From the human T2T-CHM13v2.0 reference genome, Homo sapiens: a DNA stretch of 64,000 nucleotides. The translations under genes and the position numbers were made by a program. Of this stretch, positions 49,159 to 62,099 are shown one piece after another; position 1 is the stretch's first letter; the number at the start of each line of letters is the position of its first letter. The stretch lies in the NCBI RefSeq assembly GCF_009914755.1, contig NC_060942.1. One strand, given 5' to 3'. The notes beneath the pieces are model-generated. The model made no database searches. It was not told where the DNA came from and worked only from the letters and a program-made list of their open reading frames with translations.

Positions 49159-49511
49159 TGTATTAGTCCGTTCTCATGCTGCTAGGAAGAAATACCTGAG
49201 ACTGGGTAATTTATAAAGAAAAGAGGTTTAATTGACTCAAATTCCGCGGGGCTGGGGAGGCCTCAGGCAACTTACAATCATGGCAGAAGGCACCTGTTCA
49301 CAGGGCTGCAGGAGAGAGGATGAGTGCCAGCAGGGGAAATGCCAGGTGCTTATAAAACCATCAGATCTCACTCACTATCATGAAAACAGCTTAGGGGAAA
49401 CCACCCCCATGATTCAATTACCTCCCACAGGGTCCCTCTTGTGACACTTGGGGATTACGGGGATTACAATTCAAGGTGTGATTTTGGTGGGGACACAGCC
49501 AAACCATATCC
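49159..49511 (-). mobile_element. THE1-type MaLR solo LTR
   Basis: TGTATTAGTCCGTTCTCATGCTGCT...GGGACACAGCCAAACCATATC; TSD CACGT/CATGT. Confidence 0.9.
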
Positions 49512-50174
49512 CATGTCTAAACTCGCTGTGGAGTTTCTAGTGAATTTAACTTCAGCCCAGCTGTCCAGCCGTCTTCTTAATTCAGCTCACCAGGCTCTCC
49601 AGGGCCTTTGCTTAGGTGGAGAGGTCCGCGCATGCATGCACACAGCGTCTCCCACTCCTTTCTTAGGTTCCTGAGCCAACCCCGCCCCAGATGCCGATCC
49701 CTCTCTGTGACCCATCCAAATGGAACCATTGCTTCAACGTCCACTTCAGGTTTTTTCTCCTACGGAAGCTTCCTGCTCATCCCAAACCTTACTGGTCTTC
49801 CGGTCAGCTCAGTTCCCACGGTGGTCACCATGACAACAGGTCAGCACAGGCAGCTTGCATGGGCCGAGGGCCTCATGTGCCCCGCCCCTGTGGTCTCTGG
49901 GCAGCATCTCCGGTACTTCTCACGCCAGCCTACGAGGTAGCTGCTATTTTCACCTCCATTTTATGGATGAGGAAACTGAGACACAAGATGTTAAGTCTCA
50001 TGCCATTGGTCAAAGAGGCTGTAAGGGGTGTGGAGGGGATCACAGCAGTCTTGACTGTTTTTTTGATTTCTCTGCGAGGTAGCTAATAGGAACTCTAGTT
50101 TACAGAGGAGGACATTTAAAGTTCGATGCCCTGGGCCACAGGCTGGGGAAGCATTGATTTGAACCCAGGTCACT

Positions 50175-50643
50175 TGTGTTAGTGTCCTTAGGCTGTGGTA
50201 ACAAATCACTACAATCCAGGTGGCTTCATACAGCAGATTTATCATCTCACGGTGCTGGAGGCCAGAAGTCTGAAATCAAGGTGTTGGCAGGGTTGGTTCC
50301 ATCTGGTGGCTCAGCGAGAGAATCTGTTCCACGCTTCTCCCTCTTGGAACAGCTTCTGGTGGCTGCCAGCAAGCCTCAGCATTCCTGGCCTTGTAGCTGA
50401 TTCACACCCATCTCTGTGTCTGTGTTCACAGAGGTCTCCCTCTGTGACGATCTGTGCCTAAACTCCCTCTCCTTTTCGTTTATAAGGAATGCATTTAGGG
50501 CCCACTCTAAACAGAGTGATCTCATCCTCGAGATCCTTAATTACATCTGCAAAGACCCTATTTCCAAGTAATGTCACACTCACAAGCCATGGAAGTTAGG
50601 ACTTGAACGTATCTTTCTGGAGGGTGTTACTCAATTTACATCA
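50175..50643 (-). mobile_element. MLT1C/D-type MaLR LTR
   Basis: CTGGAGGCCAGAAGTCTGAAATCAAGGTGTTGGCAGGG...ACATCTGCAAAGACCCTATTTCCAA. Confidence 0.85.
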
Positions 50644-51999
50644 GTCTCGCTATCAAGTCCACATCCTTTCCACACTGTGCTGTTGTGCAATCACTTTGTG
50701 CCATTAAGTTTCCTATTTGATCACATACTCTCTATGCGTAGACTCAGTGTTTGACAGGCTCAGGATTTATTTAAGCTGTTGTAGTTAAGAACCATGCTTT
50801 ATCCATCATCGGCAGTCCCTCAGTGCGATAAGGCATCCTCGGATGGGAGAACCTTCCAGAATTCTCCATCACAGCAAGTAGACAGTTAGGTAACATCATC
50901 TATGGATAAAGCCATTCTTATGTGTAGGCAAAAGAAAATGTATTCCTCCACACAAAAAAGGATGCCTATTGGGAGTACCGGGAAGGAACTAATAATTATT
51001 TAGCTTCCACTACATGCTAGGCCCTGTCATGCATTTTGCTTTATTCTTATTTAATTAACATTTTGTCCATTAAAGTTCAGAGCAGCAAGAAAAGAAATGA
51101 AGTACCCCAAATAGCTAAATTGTAGTTGGTTTGGGCATAGCAGGTTAGGCTAGCAAGATGGAAGAAAACAACTTTTGTGATTCATTATGAAAAACAATTA
51201 TTGAAAAATAATTGAATCTTAAGGTATTGTGGGTCTTACTAATTGAATATGCTTTCATTGAAAAGACAAAAACCCAGTGCTGTGAGAGAACCTTTGTTTT
51301 TGTATTGCCATTCACCGGAAAAGCTTTTTAAACTCAATAATAAAACTGTGAATAACTTTTAGTACTAAAGTTTCAGTCATTCTTTCTTTGGTGACTTCAC
51401 TTGAGGGAAGTTAAAAAAAGTGGCAGTAATTCTGAGCACAACAAAGACTTAGAATTTCAAAACTCGATTTGCATTTTAAACATTCAGGAGTAAGGACTTT
51501 TGTTTGTTTGCTTATGGTTTTTTTTACGTAGCCCTTGAGGATGCAATGTTAAAAGACAGCACTTTTAGATGAAAATGATGGGTCATGTAATTGGAGGCTG
51601 GCTGGGTTGGTGGTGGGGGTCCGCAGGAAGGACTCCCCCGGGATATTCCGCTTCGGAGTTGTTTTTAAGTGGATTGTTCCTCAAAGAGAATGAAGAGTAA
51701 ATATACTTCAAGTTTAATGCTCTCTTGAAAAGCAGCAAAGATTGCTTTTTAAAATAACTAAATCTGTGATGAGGGATAAGGGAAAAGGCCTGGTATTCTC
51801 TTCTGTTTGCCCTTTGATAACTTGTTTTTGTTTGAAGCTCTGTTTTGTGGATCTATGTTCTTGAACACATTTCTGTTTTAAAATCTCTCCTCTCCTGCTG
51901 TGAATTGTCTGACTTGGTTTTGATAGTGCACTAGGCTGGAGGTTTGAGGACTATTTAGTCATGAGAATGGCCAAGGAAGGGCTGTTGTTGGTTTATCAG

Positions 52000-52017
52000 T
52001 AGCACCCCCTTGTGGCG
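52000..52017 (-). promoter_or_regulatory. Candidate CTCF site
   Basis: Minus strand CGCCACAAGGGGGTGCTA closely matches the CTCF core. Confidence 0.6.
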
Positions 52018-53344
52018 ATTCTATGCATTTCCTAATTCTAAGTAGCTGAAACGTTTCAAGGACAAGTTTAATTTGATTTATACACAATATTTTCTTCTAT
52101 TTTTCATGTTGTTAGTTTAATTACTTTTCTCTCTTACTCTAACATTTAGTCCAGCCTAAGATCCATTCTTTCCACTTTAAATTTAGGGATGAAGCCTGTG
52201 GCTTGGAGCAGACCGGGGTTCATATGAGGATTGAAGGCATTTTAATAACACTGAACACCAAGTCACTGCCAAAAGTCTGTGCCAAATCTTCGCACTTGCT
52301 TGATTTTAAACACTTGAATATTTAATTCTAAAATACACTTTTCTCAAAACAAAAGTATTTTAAATTGCTGTTATTGTTACTTAATGGTACAGTATTCCCT
52401 TTATCTTTATTCGTACTCAGAAAATAAATTCTGAGGGCTTTCTTATTAACCACTAAAACGTATACTGTGTGCAACACCTTATACAGTCTACTCAAATGCT
52501 GGATGAGATTATTTGGAAATTAAGTTGCTTGAGTGAAAATCCCATATGGGAGAGCTGCGGATACCTTAGAGCAAATTGGAGCTGCATTGGCTTTACATTT
52601 CTTTTAAAACCTCCGTATTTCAATCAGAGAACTAAAACTGAGCATTAATGCATTTCACATGGGCTGAATATCTGGTTTTGAGCTTTGCTATAACTCTAGA
52701 TATTTTGGTATGGTAATTAAACTAATGTTAAAAGTGCTTCTTGACAACTTCTTACTTTTTTGCCATTATAGTCTCCTATTTCTGTAACCACTTTTCCACA
52801 CGCCCCTCGAGGTTTTGCCTTGTTTGAATAATTTAGATTAGGAGGTCATTCAGAGATCATTTAAAATACAATTTTGCCCAGACTACATTACATATTACTT
52901 TTGGAGGACACTAAATGAATGCTTACTTGTAGAAATAATCAGGGCGATTGGTTTAGAGGCTCAGGGCCTCATTCTTTATGAGCCTCAAATACTGCGAGTA
53001 CCAGGGTTGGGGGAGTAGGGCAGTGACTCACAAGGCAGCTTCTGGGAGGAAAGAAGGAAGTCAGGTGGTGCCCACAAAAGTACTTTGCATTATACTCAAT
53101 CTATTGTACTCAACTATTCTCCATGCAGAGCACATTGATCCTATGCCACTGATTGATATAGCTTCATGATTTTTATGAATGCTCCTTCCCTTATATTCCC
53201 ACAGGACTGATTTTGTTGACTTTTTAAAAATTCAATTTCATACATTGGGGAAGTCCATAGTGTGATTTGTGCTAGTGGGCTTTGATTATTTTCAAAACTT
53301 AAATCCTATATTTAAAAGAACTTTCTACGAGTGTTTTTGAAAAG

Positions 53345-53402
<58 letters not shown>

Positions 53403-53617
53403 TTTAATACATATGTATATATGTATTACGTATACATATACATATATACATATGTATATATGTATTACGTATACATATACATATATACATATGTATATAT
53501 GTATTACGTATACATATACATATATACATATGTATATATGTTTATGTATACATATACATATATACATATGTATATATGTATTACGTATACATATACATAT
53601 ATACATATGTATTAAAT
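53345..53617. repeat. (TA)n run followed by a 39-bp palindromic AT-rich minisatellite (about 5 units)
   Basis: TTACG recurs at 53426, 53465, 53504 and 53581. Confidence 0.95.
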
Positions 53618-53675
53618 CCTGGGGCCTGATAAAATAAATTTAGGTATTTTTAACTAATTAGAAGAGGAAGGTATC

Positions 53676-54052
53676 TGAGGCAGGAAAATAGGGTATAGAG
53701 GCGGGGAACATAAGGGCGATTCACACTTCAGCTATGACAGGAAATATTCTATCCAGTTACATAAGGCGTAGGCTGAGTAAATGACTTTATTACTTTACTT
53801 CATCCTCTTCATTTACATAGGGCGAACACCAAGTAACCAGTGGAAACCTCTAGAGGGCATTTAAACCCCCCACAATTTTGTAACGGGGCCCTTGAGCCTC
53901 TGTGCTTGGGCCCACTCCTGCACTGTGGAGTGTACTTTCATGTTCAATAGATCTCTGCTTTTGTTGCTTCATTCTTTCCTTGCTTTGTTTGTGCGTTTTG
54001 TCCAATTCTTTGTTCAAGACGCCAAGAACCTGGACATCCTCCACTGATAACA
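53676..54052 (+). mobile_element. MER51B-type solo LTR
   Basis: TGAGGCAGGAAAATAGGG...GATAACA; perfect TSD GTATC (53671-53675, 54053-54057). Confidence 0.85.
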
Positions 54053-54360
54053 GTATCAGGGACATGGGCTGTGCTTATTCATATACATTTGTCAATGGTT
54101 GGAGGCTACTGCCCACCTCTGTGATCACTCTGGAGAAGAGAATCTTGAAGATAATTGTAATTTGGATTCCCTTCACTCCAAAGTACTGTCTTGTCTTGAA
54201 TTGGGACTTTAAAGAGGCAATGGAGAGGATGCATTGAGAATGACCAAACTGTAATCACATAAGGAGCTTAACAGCACTCTGCTCTATACCTTTCTCTCTT
54301 TTTAGGCAGGTTCTGGCATCAAAATGTCTGGATTTTAATTCAGCGTGCCGTTTACTACCT

Positions 54361-54902
54361 CGATCAGTTATGTTGCTATGTAACAAATTACCCCAAAACT
54401 TAACAGCCCAAAACAGCATACTGTTTTGGAGAGAGAGGATTCCTGTGGCTCAGGAATCCAGGTGTAGTTTCCTTGGGTCCTCTTCTGGCTCAGGGTGTCT
54501 CACAAGGCTGCAGTCAAAGTGTCAGCTTGGGCTCTGGCTTCATCTGACGGCTCAGCAGGGGGAGAATCCACTGAGAGACTCACTCAAGTGGCTGTTGGCA
54601 GGCCTCAGGTCAGGTTGGCCAGAGACATCAGTTTCTTGTCACATGGGGTGCTCCACTGAGCAGCTCTCAACATGGTAGCTGGCTTCTCCCAGAGTGCGTG
54701 AGAAAGGGAGTGAGGGTGAACAAAGACGGTCAGAAAGGTAGAAGTTAGAGCCTTTTTGTAACCTAATCTTAAAAGTGATATCCCATTACTTTTACCACAT
54801 TTCATTTGTTAAACGTGCGGCACTAGGTCCAGCTCACATTCAACAGAAGGCAATAGCGGGATGCCGGGGGTCCTGAGGACACCTCAGAGGCTGCCGACCA
54901 CA
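54361..54902 (-). mobile_element. MLT1F/G-type MaLR LTR
   Basis: TTGCTATGTAACAAATTACCCCAAAACTTA...CAAGGCTGCAGTCAAAGTGTCAGC. Confidence 0.75.
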
Positions 54903-55365
54903 CTACCAGGGTCATTGTCTCTGTCACTAATGTCTCTGGTATTGGGTTCTCTTGTGTCAAATGACTAAAATAATGATTCCTACTTTAGTGAGCACTGAAT
55001 AACCTAATAAGACACTTAGAGCTGTACCTGGCCTATAGTTAGAGGCCAATTAAATTGTGGTGTTAACAACATCCCCATTTTATAAAGGAAGAAGTAAGAT
55101 TACACTGAATTTACGGGACTTATCTGGAGTCCTGCAACTCAGAAGGAAGGAGGCTGCTGGGATGTGAACCCAGGGCTGCCTGACTCCAAAGCCCATTGCC
55201 TTAACCACTGTTCTGTCCTAATCACCACGGAGGCTTGGATGCGATTCCATCTCCATATGTGTAACAGGTAGTCAGAGTTGCATTCCTACTTGAATATTGT
55301 TTTCATCAATGACTTCTGTGTGGATAAGGCCACCAGCCAACTTCCTTTCTTTATCAAATTTGAGA

Positions 55366-55665
55366 GGCTGGGCGCAGTGGCTCAGGCCTGTAATCCCAGC
55401 ACTTTGGGAGGCTGAGATGGGTGGATCACCCGAGGTCAGGGGTTCAAGACTAGCCTGGCCAACATGCCAAAACTCCGTCTCTACTAAAAAAATACAAAAA
55501 TTAGCCGAGTGTGGTGGTGGGCGCCTGTAGTCCCAGCTACTCAGGAGGCAGAGGCAGGGTGAATTGCTTGAACCCAGGAGGCGGGGCTTGCAGTGAGCCG
55601 AGATCGCACCATTGCACTCCAGTCTGGGCAACAGAGCGAGACTCTGTCTCAAAAAAAAAAAAAAA
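55366..55665 (+). mobile_element. Alu (AluSx-like)
   Basis: Dimer; AAATTTGA at both flanks. Confidence 0.93.
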
Positions 55666-55764
55666 ATTTGATTTGATTTGTCAGTGTTAATTAGCGCAGC
55701 TGACTTACCTGCTGCCTTGGGAAACATTTCGGTTTTCCTAGTACTGTCTTTTTCTTCATCTCTC

Positions 55765-56328
55765 TGGCCTCTAAATGTTGAAGTACTTTTGGCTCAATCC
55801 TTGGGCTTCCCTTTTTTAAAATCTGTGCTCCTTCTTGCTGCTGCGATACAGTCTCACGGATTTAAATATAATCTTTCTGAAAATGACTCCCAAGTTTATA
55901 ATTTAAGTCCAGGTCTATCTCTTGATTTTCATACATGCTTATCCAGCTGCCTACTAGGATCTCTGCTCGGGTGATCTCCACTCGTCTAACGTGTCTAAAT
56001 CGTGTCATGTTCAAAATGAATTCCTGGTCTTCCTGCTGAAAGCTTTCAGTTTATTTTTCCATGTTTTTTATTTTTTTCTTCATTGCTTTTAGCACCTTCT
56101 CACATATTACATATTTTGCATTTAAACAAATTTTTAACTTATTTTTATTAATATATTTCACTCATGTTTACTATTGCTTGTCTCTACTCCTGGAATACAA
56201 GCCCCATGAGGGCCAGGAGTTTGTTTGTTTGTTTTCCTGTTTTGAGCAATATTATGTCTTATTTAAGTACCTGGATATGGCTGACCATATAGCACCAGTC
56301 AATAAATATTTGTTAAATGATTAAATGC
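55765..56328 (+). mobile_element. L2 3' fragment
   Basis: ATGACTCCCAAGTTTATA...ATCCAGCTGCCTACT; ends TCAATAAATATTTGTTAAATGATTAAATG. Confidence 0.7.
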
Positions 56329-57415
56329 AGAAACAAAAAAGATGAGTTCCATAACATCAGTGAAATGTGCTTTGGAGAAAGAAATCATAGCCCCGTTCTT
56401 GTTTTTGGTGCATAATCGGAAGCTGGAACTCCGTGTCTCCTCTCTCACCCCATTTTAAAACAATAGCTCTAAACAATATATCTGAATATGCCACTGAAGA
56501 AATGTCACTAGGTGGAGTAACTCTAAAAATTGGGGGCCTCTCAGTGGGTGGCCGAAAACCATCAACAGGTGGGAAGGTAAGTCCTGCTTCCCATGCACCA
56601 GGCTGGCTCTAGTAACTTCCATAAACAGAGGACGTGGGAAGGGGAGGTGGGCAGGAAATTGGGAGCAGAGCAAGAGATGACAGGAAAGTGAGAAAAAGAT
56701 TGGTTTTTATTGATTGAAGAACTAGAATTATTGAATAAATGTACAGAGCAACGTGAGAATCAGGCTTCTTGGTGGTGCTCATTTAAAAATAAGAGTAAAT
56801 TACTCCATTCAACAAAAATGCTTTACATATAGAAAAAAAGTCCAGCAAATTGAACAGAGCTTTTTTCATTCTTCTTGTGAAAGGTCAGGGCAGTTCTAAT
56901 TCCAATGTCCAATTACCAGGCATAATCAGCACAGCAAAGTAGAATCAACTCAATTTCAATCTCAGGCATTTGTCTCACCTTTAGCTGGCTTTGGTATGAC
57001 TCACTGCAATTTTCTCATCAAAAAGCTAATTTTAGGAGCAAAATGTCAAGAAAAGATGAAAAAGGAGAGCCTGGTTTTACAGAGCCTGGGATTTTAAAAA
57101 AAATCAGGGCTGCACTCATAAGCTACTTGTCAAATCAGTCACCCACCGAGGCCTCTATGATGCGATGGCCGGGATCCAAGGGAATAGAAAGTAAGGCAGA
57201 AAGAGAAACAAGTTTGTCCCATTCTCTAGTCTCAAATGTAGGAGGACGTTCTGTTCCAGACGGTCCTAAATTTTAACCTGACTTGATGATTTTTGAACAA
57301 ATTCCAGTTGCGTGAGCAGACTTGACAAAATGAACAGCGAGTTGGTGGCCCCTTGGGCAGCTGCAGTTGTCTCCTTAAAAACAACAACAACAGCAACAAA
57401 AACCAAAAAACAAAG

Positions 57416-58009
<594 letters not shown>

Positions 58010-58010
58010 T

Positions 58011-58399
58011 TAAAATAAAACTTTTATTTTTATTTTATAAAAATAAAACTTTTATTTTTATTTTATAAAAATAAAACTTTTATTTTTAAAAATAAAACTT
58101 TTATTTTTAAAAATAAAACTTTTATTTTTATTTTATAAAAATAAAAGTTTTATTTTCATTTTATAAAAATAAAAGTTTTATTTTCATTTTATAAAAATAA
58201 AACTTTTATTTTCATTTTATAAAAATAAAACTTTTATTTTCATTTTATAAAAATAAAACTTTTATTTTCATTTTATAAAAATAAAACTTTTATTTTTATT
58301 TTATAAAAATAAAACTTTTATTTTTATTTTATAAAAATAAAACTTTTATTTTTATTTTATAAAAATAAAACTTTTATTTTTATTTTATAAAAATAAAAC
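58011..58399. repeat. Palindromic AT-rich minisatellite, 28-bp unit, about 14 units
   Basis: Unit about TAAAAATAAAACTTTTATTTTTATTTTA. Confidence 0.96.
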
Positions 58400-58466
58400 C
58401 CAAAATTCTTTGTAAGGGAAACCTATGAAAGGAGGGAAAAAATAGATTTTTCTAGGCTATTTCCAC

Positions 58467-58778
58467 TTTTTTTTTTTTTTTTGTAGAGCTAGGGTCTCAT
58501 GTTGTCACCCAGGCTGGAGTGAAAGGCAGTGGCACCATCAGAACTCACTGCAGACTCGACCTCCCAGGCTGAACCAGGCTCTCACCTCAGCCTTCTGGGT
58601 AGCTAGGACCACAGCCGTGTGCCACCATGCACAGTTAATTTTAAAACAATTTTTTTTTGTAGAGATGGGGTCTCACTATGTTGTCCAGGCTGATCTCAAA
58701 TTCCTGGACTCAAGTGATCTTCCTGCCCTGGACTCGCAAAAGTGCTGGGATTATAGTCAGGAGCCACCGTGCCCAAGC
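58467..58778 (-). mobile_element. Alu (AluJ-like)
   Basis: Diverged antisense dimer. Confidence 0.9.
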
Positions 58779-61700
58779 ATTTTTCTATTTTTTGCTACAA
58801 GAAAAGGAGTGCCTGTTTAGTTCCCTGAGTGATTATAATGAAACTGTCAACAAGTTCTGTGTCCATTCAACGTTGCCGGGTCTCCAGTGTGGGGTGGCCT
58901 CCCCGAGGCTCTTCGCCTGTGCTCTGGCGTCAGCAGCACTCTTTCTGGTAACATATTCTCTGGGTCCACACCAACTCCCTTCTGCTGCAATTCTGGAAAA
59001 GCCTATTTATGAAATCCATATGAAAATTACAGAACAGTTAGTTATCCCATCACCTTTCATGGTCTTGAAAAGTCAGACTTCTAATCTAGGAGCCACAGGG
59101 CCTATCCTTTGAGTGCTTGTGTCTTTCTGGTCTTTCACCACATTTGCTCTCCTGCCTGACTCTGTGTTGCGTCTGCCCTTGACTATGAGCAAGGATAGGA
59201 GCTGCCCTCGACTGTTACGTATTTTTGCCACATTATTTCACAAAATGATTTTTACTTACCACTAATCTATTCTGTGGAGGTGCCAGAGAATGGCAATTTT
59301 TAAAAAATCCAAACATTTAATTTTAAAAGCATTTGAGACATTTAAAATTCATGTTATTTCTTTGGCAAAGTCTTTCCCTTTGCAAAGGTGATCCCAAACC
59401 CAGGATGTGGTCAGCAGAGCTCTTACTGATTCCTTTTCCTGGAAAAGGCTTTCTCCTCTAGGAAGGCGTGTTCATGTGTGCCTATGTGGGTGGCTGTGTT
59501 GATTTTGGGGTCGGGTGGTGTGTGGGGAGGAGATTGCCTGTGTACTTTGCCTTTCTGAGTTTCTCCAGAGTGTGTGAGACAATAATCAGACAAGGGGATT
59601 CACCATAGCTTTCAGTCCTTTAAAATTATCTATATAACAGAATACGTTTATAGTCTATGAATTCATTGTTTCTTTGAGGAAAAGGGAAGCAGCCAGTCCC
59701 ATGGCTTATTGTTTTAGAGAATGTTTTACTGCCATGACAAAGCTAAACGGAAAAGAAATTTGTCTTTTGTGAAGAGATGAAACTTATACCTTAAACACAA
59801 ACACCCAACTTTGCCAGCTTTATATTCTTATTGCTCAGACATTTTCTCATAGAGTTGGGGATGTTTCACTTTGAAATGGAAACTTATATAATCCCCCCTC
59901 CCAAGAATTGTTTCCCTGAACCTCACACCATGATGCATTATTTACGATATGGGTTAAGAAATGAATGCCATTCATCCTGCTTCAATGAGTTCAACATGTT
60001 TTAGCATAAAGTGCCAAGGACAGAGATACTTTTGGTGGGAGAAAATCTGAAAGCATACTGAGCTATTTTGCCAATTATTTCCCCAAACTCATTTGTTTTC
60101 CATGAATTCAAGGATATTTTGAGTTAGAAATAAAATAAAACAACATCGGAGTAATATACTAAATGGATTAAAAAACCAAACAAAAAGTGAGAAAGTATTT
60201 GACACCAATTTAATAGACCAAGTGTGGGTTGCCTCAATATGGAAAAACTCGTATAAATTGACTAAAACTTCACCTTAGTCTTACTGCTCTTTCTACAATG
60301 ATAAATTGCATAACTGGATCAAGTTGTGGATTCTCTCACCCCCAAATATTAGATGTTTTTGCAGATGAGCAAACTAAGACCTGGACGCCTTTTCTCACCA
60401 TCACCAGATTAGTTAGTGGCCGTTTAGGGGGACCTCAGACATGTGGCTGCATAGTGTCATTGTCATCGGAGAGCTGCAACTCTCCCTGCGCCTTAACGGT
60501 CCTCTCCTGCTCATGACTGAAATGCTATTGTCCTCATTGTTCATGCCAAGCATGACCTTGTCTGGCCCCTTCTTTTCCCATGCAACTATCGGGATGCCCA
60601 ACAGCATTTTAAGAGGATTTGTGTGAATCAGTGGGTGAGGCCAAGAAGGCTAGAAAATATTAGAGTGCCAGCTGTGAGTAGTGGCTAGATGTAAGAAGAA
60701 GGAGAACAATTTTTAAAACTTGAGAATATAAAAATGAATTGCCGCCATTCATAACTTTGATTATAGATGGGCCTTGCACTATTGATGTCAATGACAAGTC
60801 ATGTCTAAAGTGTCAAAATCTCTCATGAAGGAAAAAGCGAGAGGTAATAATTATTTTTTTTTGGTCTCAGAAAAGTTTAAAGATGTGACCATTTGAGGCA
60901 GATTGATTTCAATTGTTGTTTTTCAATCCACTCTTAATTTAAAATGAAGACTCCTTCCAAGGGTGGTGTGAGAAATCCACTGAATAAATTGTAGGATCAG
61001 AGCAGCTTTCTTTTAGCGTATTATTCCTAGTTAACAAATTAGGAGATCTTGGCCATATTAACGCTCAAACATTATTCTAATGAAAACGTTCAGATAGTTC
61101 TTAGTACTAAGAACCTACAAATAAATAAAGAATCCCCAGCTTGTTGCCTTGGAAAATTTGATTTTAATGAACAGACGTAGCTCAGAATGTCTGTTATTAG
61201 CATACAAACACTCCTAGGTTCTTTTCTTTTGAAATATGCCTTCATTTACAAAAGTTTAATGTTTTAATATGAAAATCCTACATTAAATCTTCATCAGCAT
61301 TAATAAATCACTAGATCTTTTAATACCAGGCAAGGCACTGAAGAAATGCAGCATATAATACTTACAAGATTTTTCTTCTTTTTGTGTGCTTTTGAAAAAT
61401 TCCTGTGAAAAGTATATTCAAAATAAAATGTTATACATCTGTATGACGCTTTTTAGTAACCCAAATATTTGCATTATATTACATCACTTGGTCCTTACAA
61501 CACCACCATATGTCTTGGAAGGAAAAAGGGGTATATCGCTTTACAGGTGAGGACTTGGTCAAGGGTACGTGAGTAGAAAGTGGACATTCAAGGTTTTGCA
61601 TGAAGGTTTTTATAGAGCCTCGTTCCGTATTCTTCCCATGACATTATGGTGATGCTTTTACACTTTTATCCATAAACTCTCTTTATTTGTTTGCAAAGTA

Positions 61701-62099
61701 TTCATGGTGTTGGAGTGCTTGTCCCTCTTGGGGATATATGTTGTGGCTTCCCCTTGGATCTCAAACCGTGTAAGTACAAACAATACCACGTGTTCTGTTC
61801 TCTTGTCCCCGTCCCTGTGTTCAAGGTAGCAATCAATCACTGTGAATTAGTAGTAATTCCAATTTTATCTGGAACATTTTTACAGTACTGCGAGCCTATG
61901 AAAAAAGTAAAATAGTAAAAAAAAAAAAAAAATTAGAGACTGGTAAAGTTTTATTTTATCTGCAAGTCTGTCATAAAAAGTGTACTTTGGCTTCCGGTAC
62001 TCCCTTCTCCCAGGAATGAGCAATTTACGTGCATTCAGTTTTTGTGGAGGTGACCATTTTCCTTTGAAAACGGCCCAGTCTATTTATTTTAGCACTTGG

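Noticed and set aside
53325-53637. YI/YV-repeat ORFs
   Set aside because: Artefact of alternating AT-rich repeats
60298-60626. Slightly CpG-rich patch with short ORFs on both strands
   Set aside because: No homology that I recognise and no convincing splice boundaries
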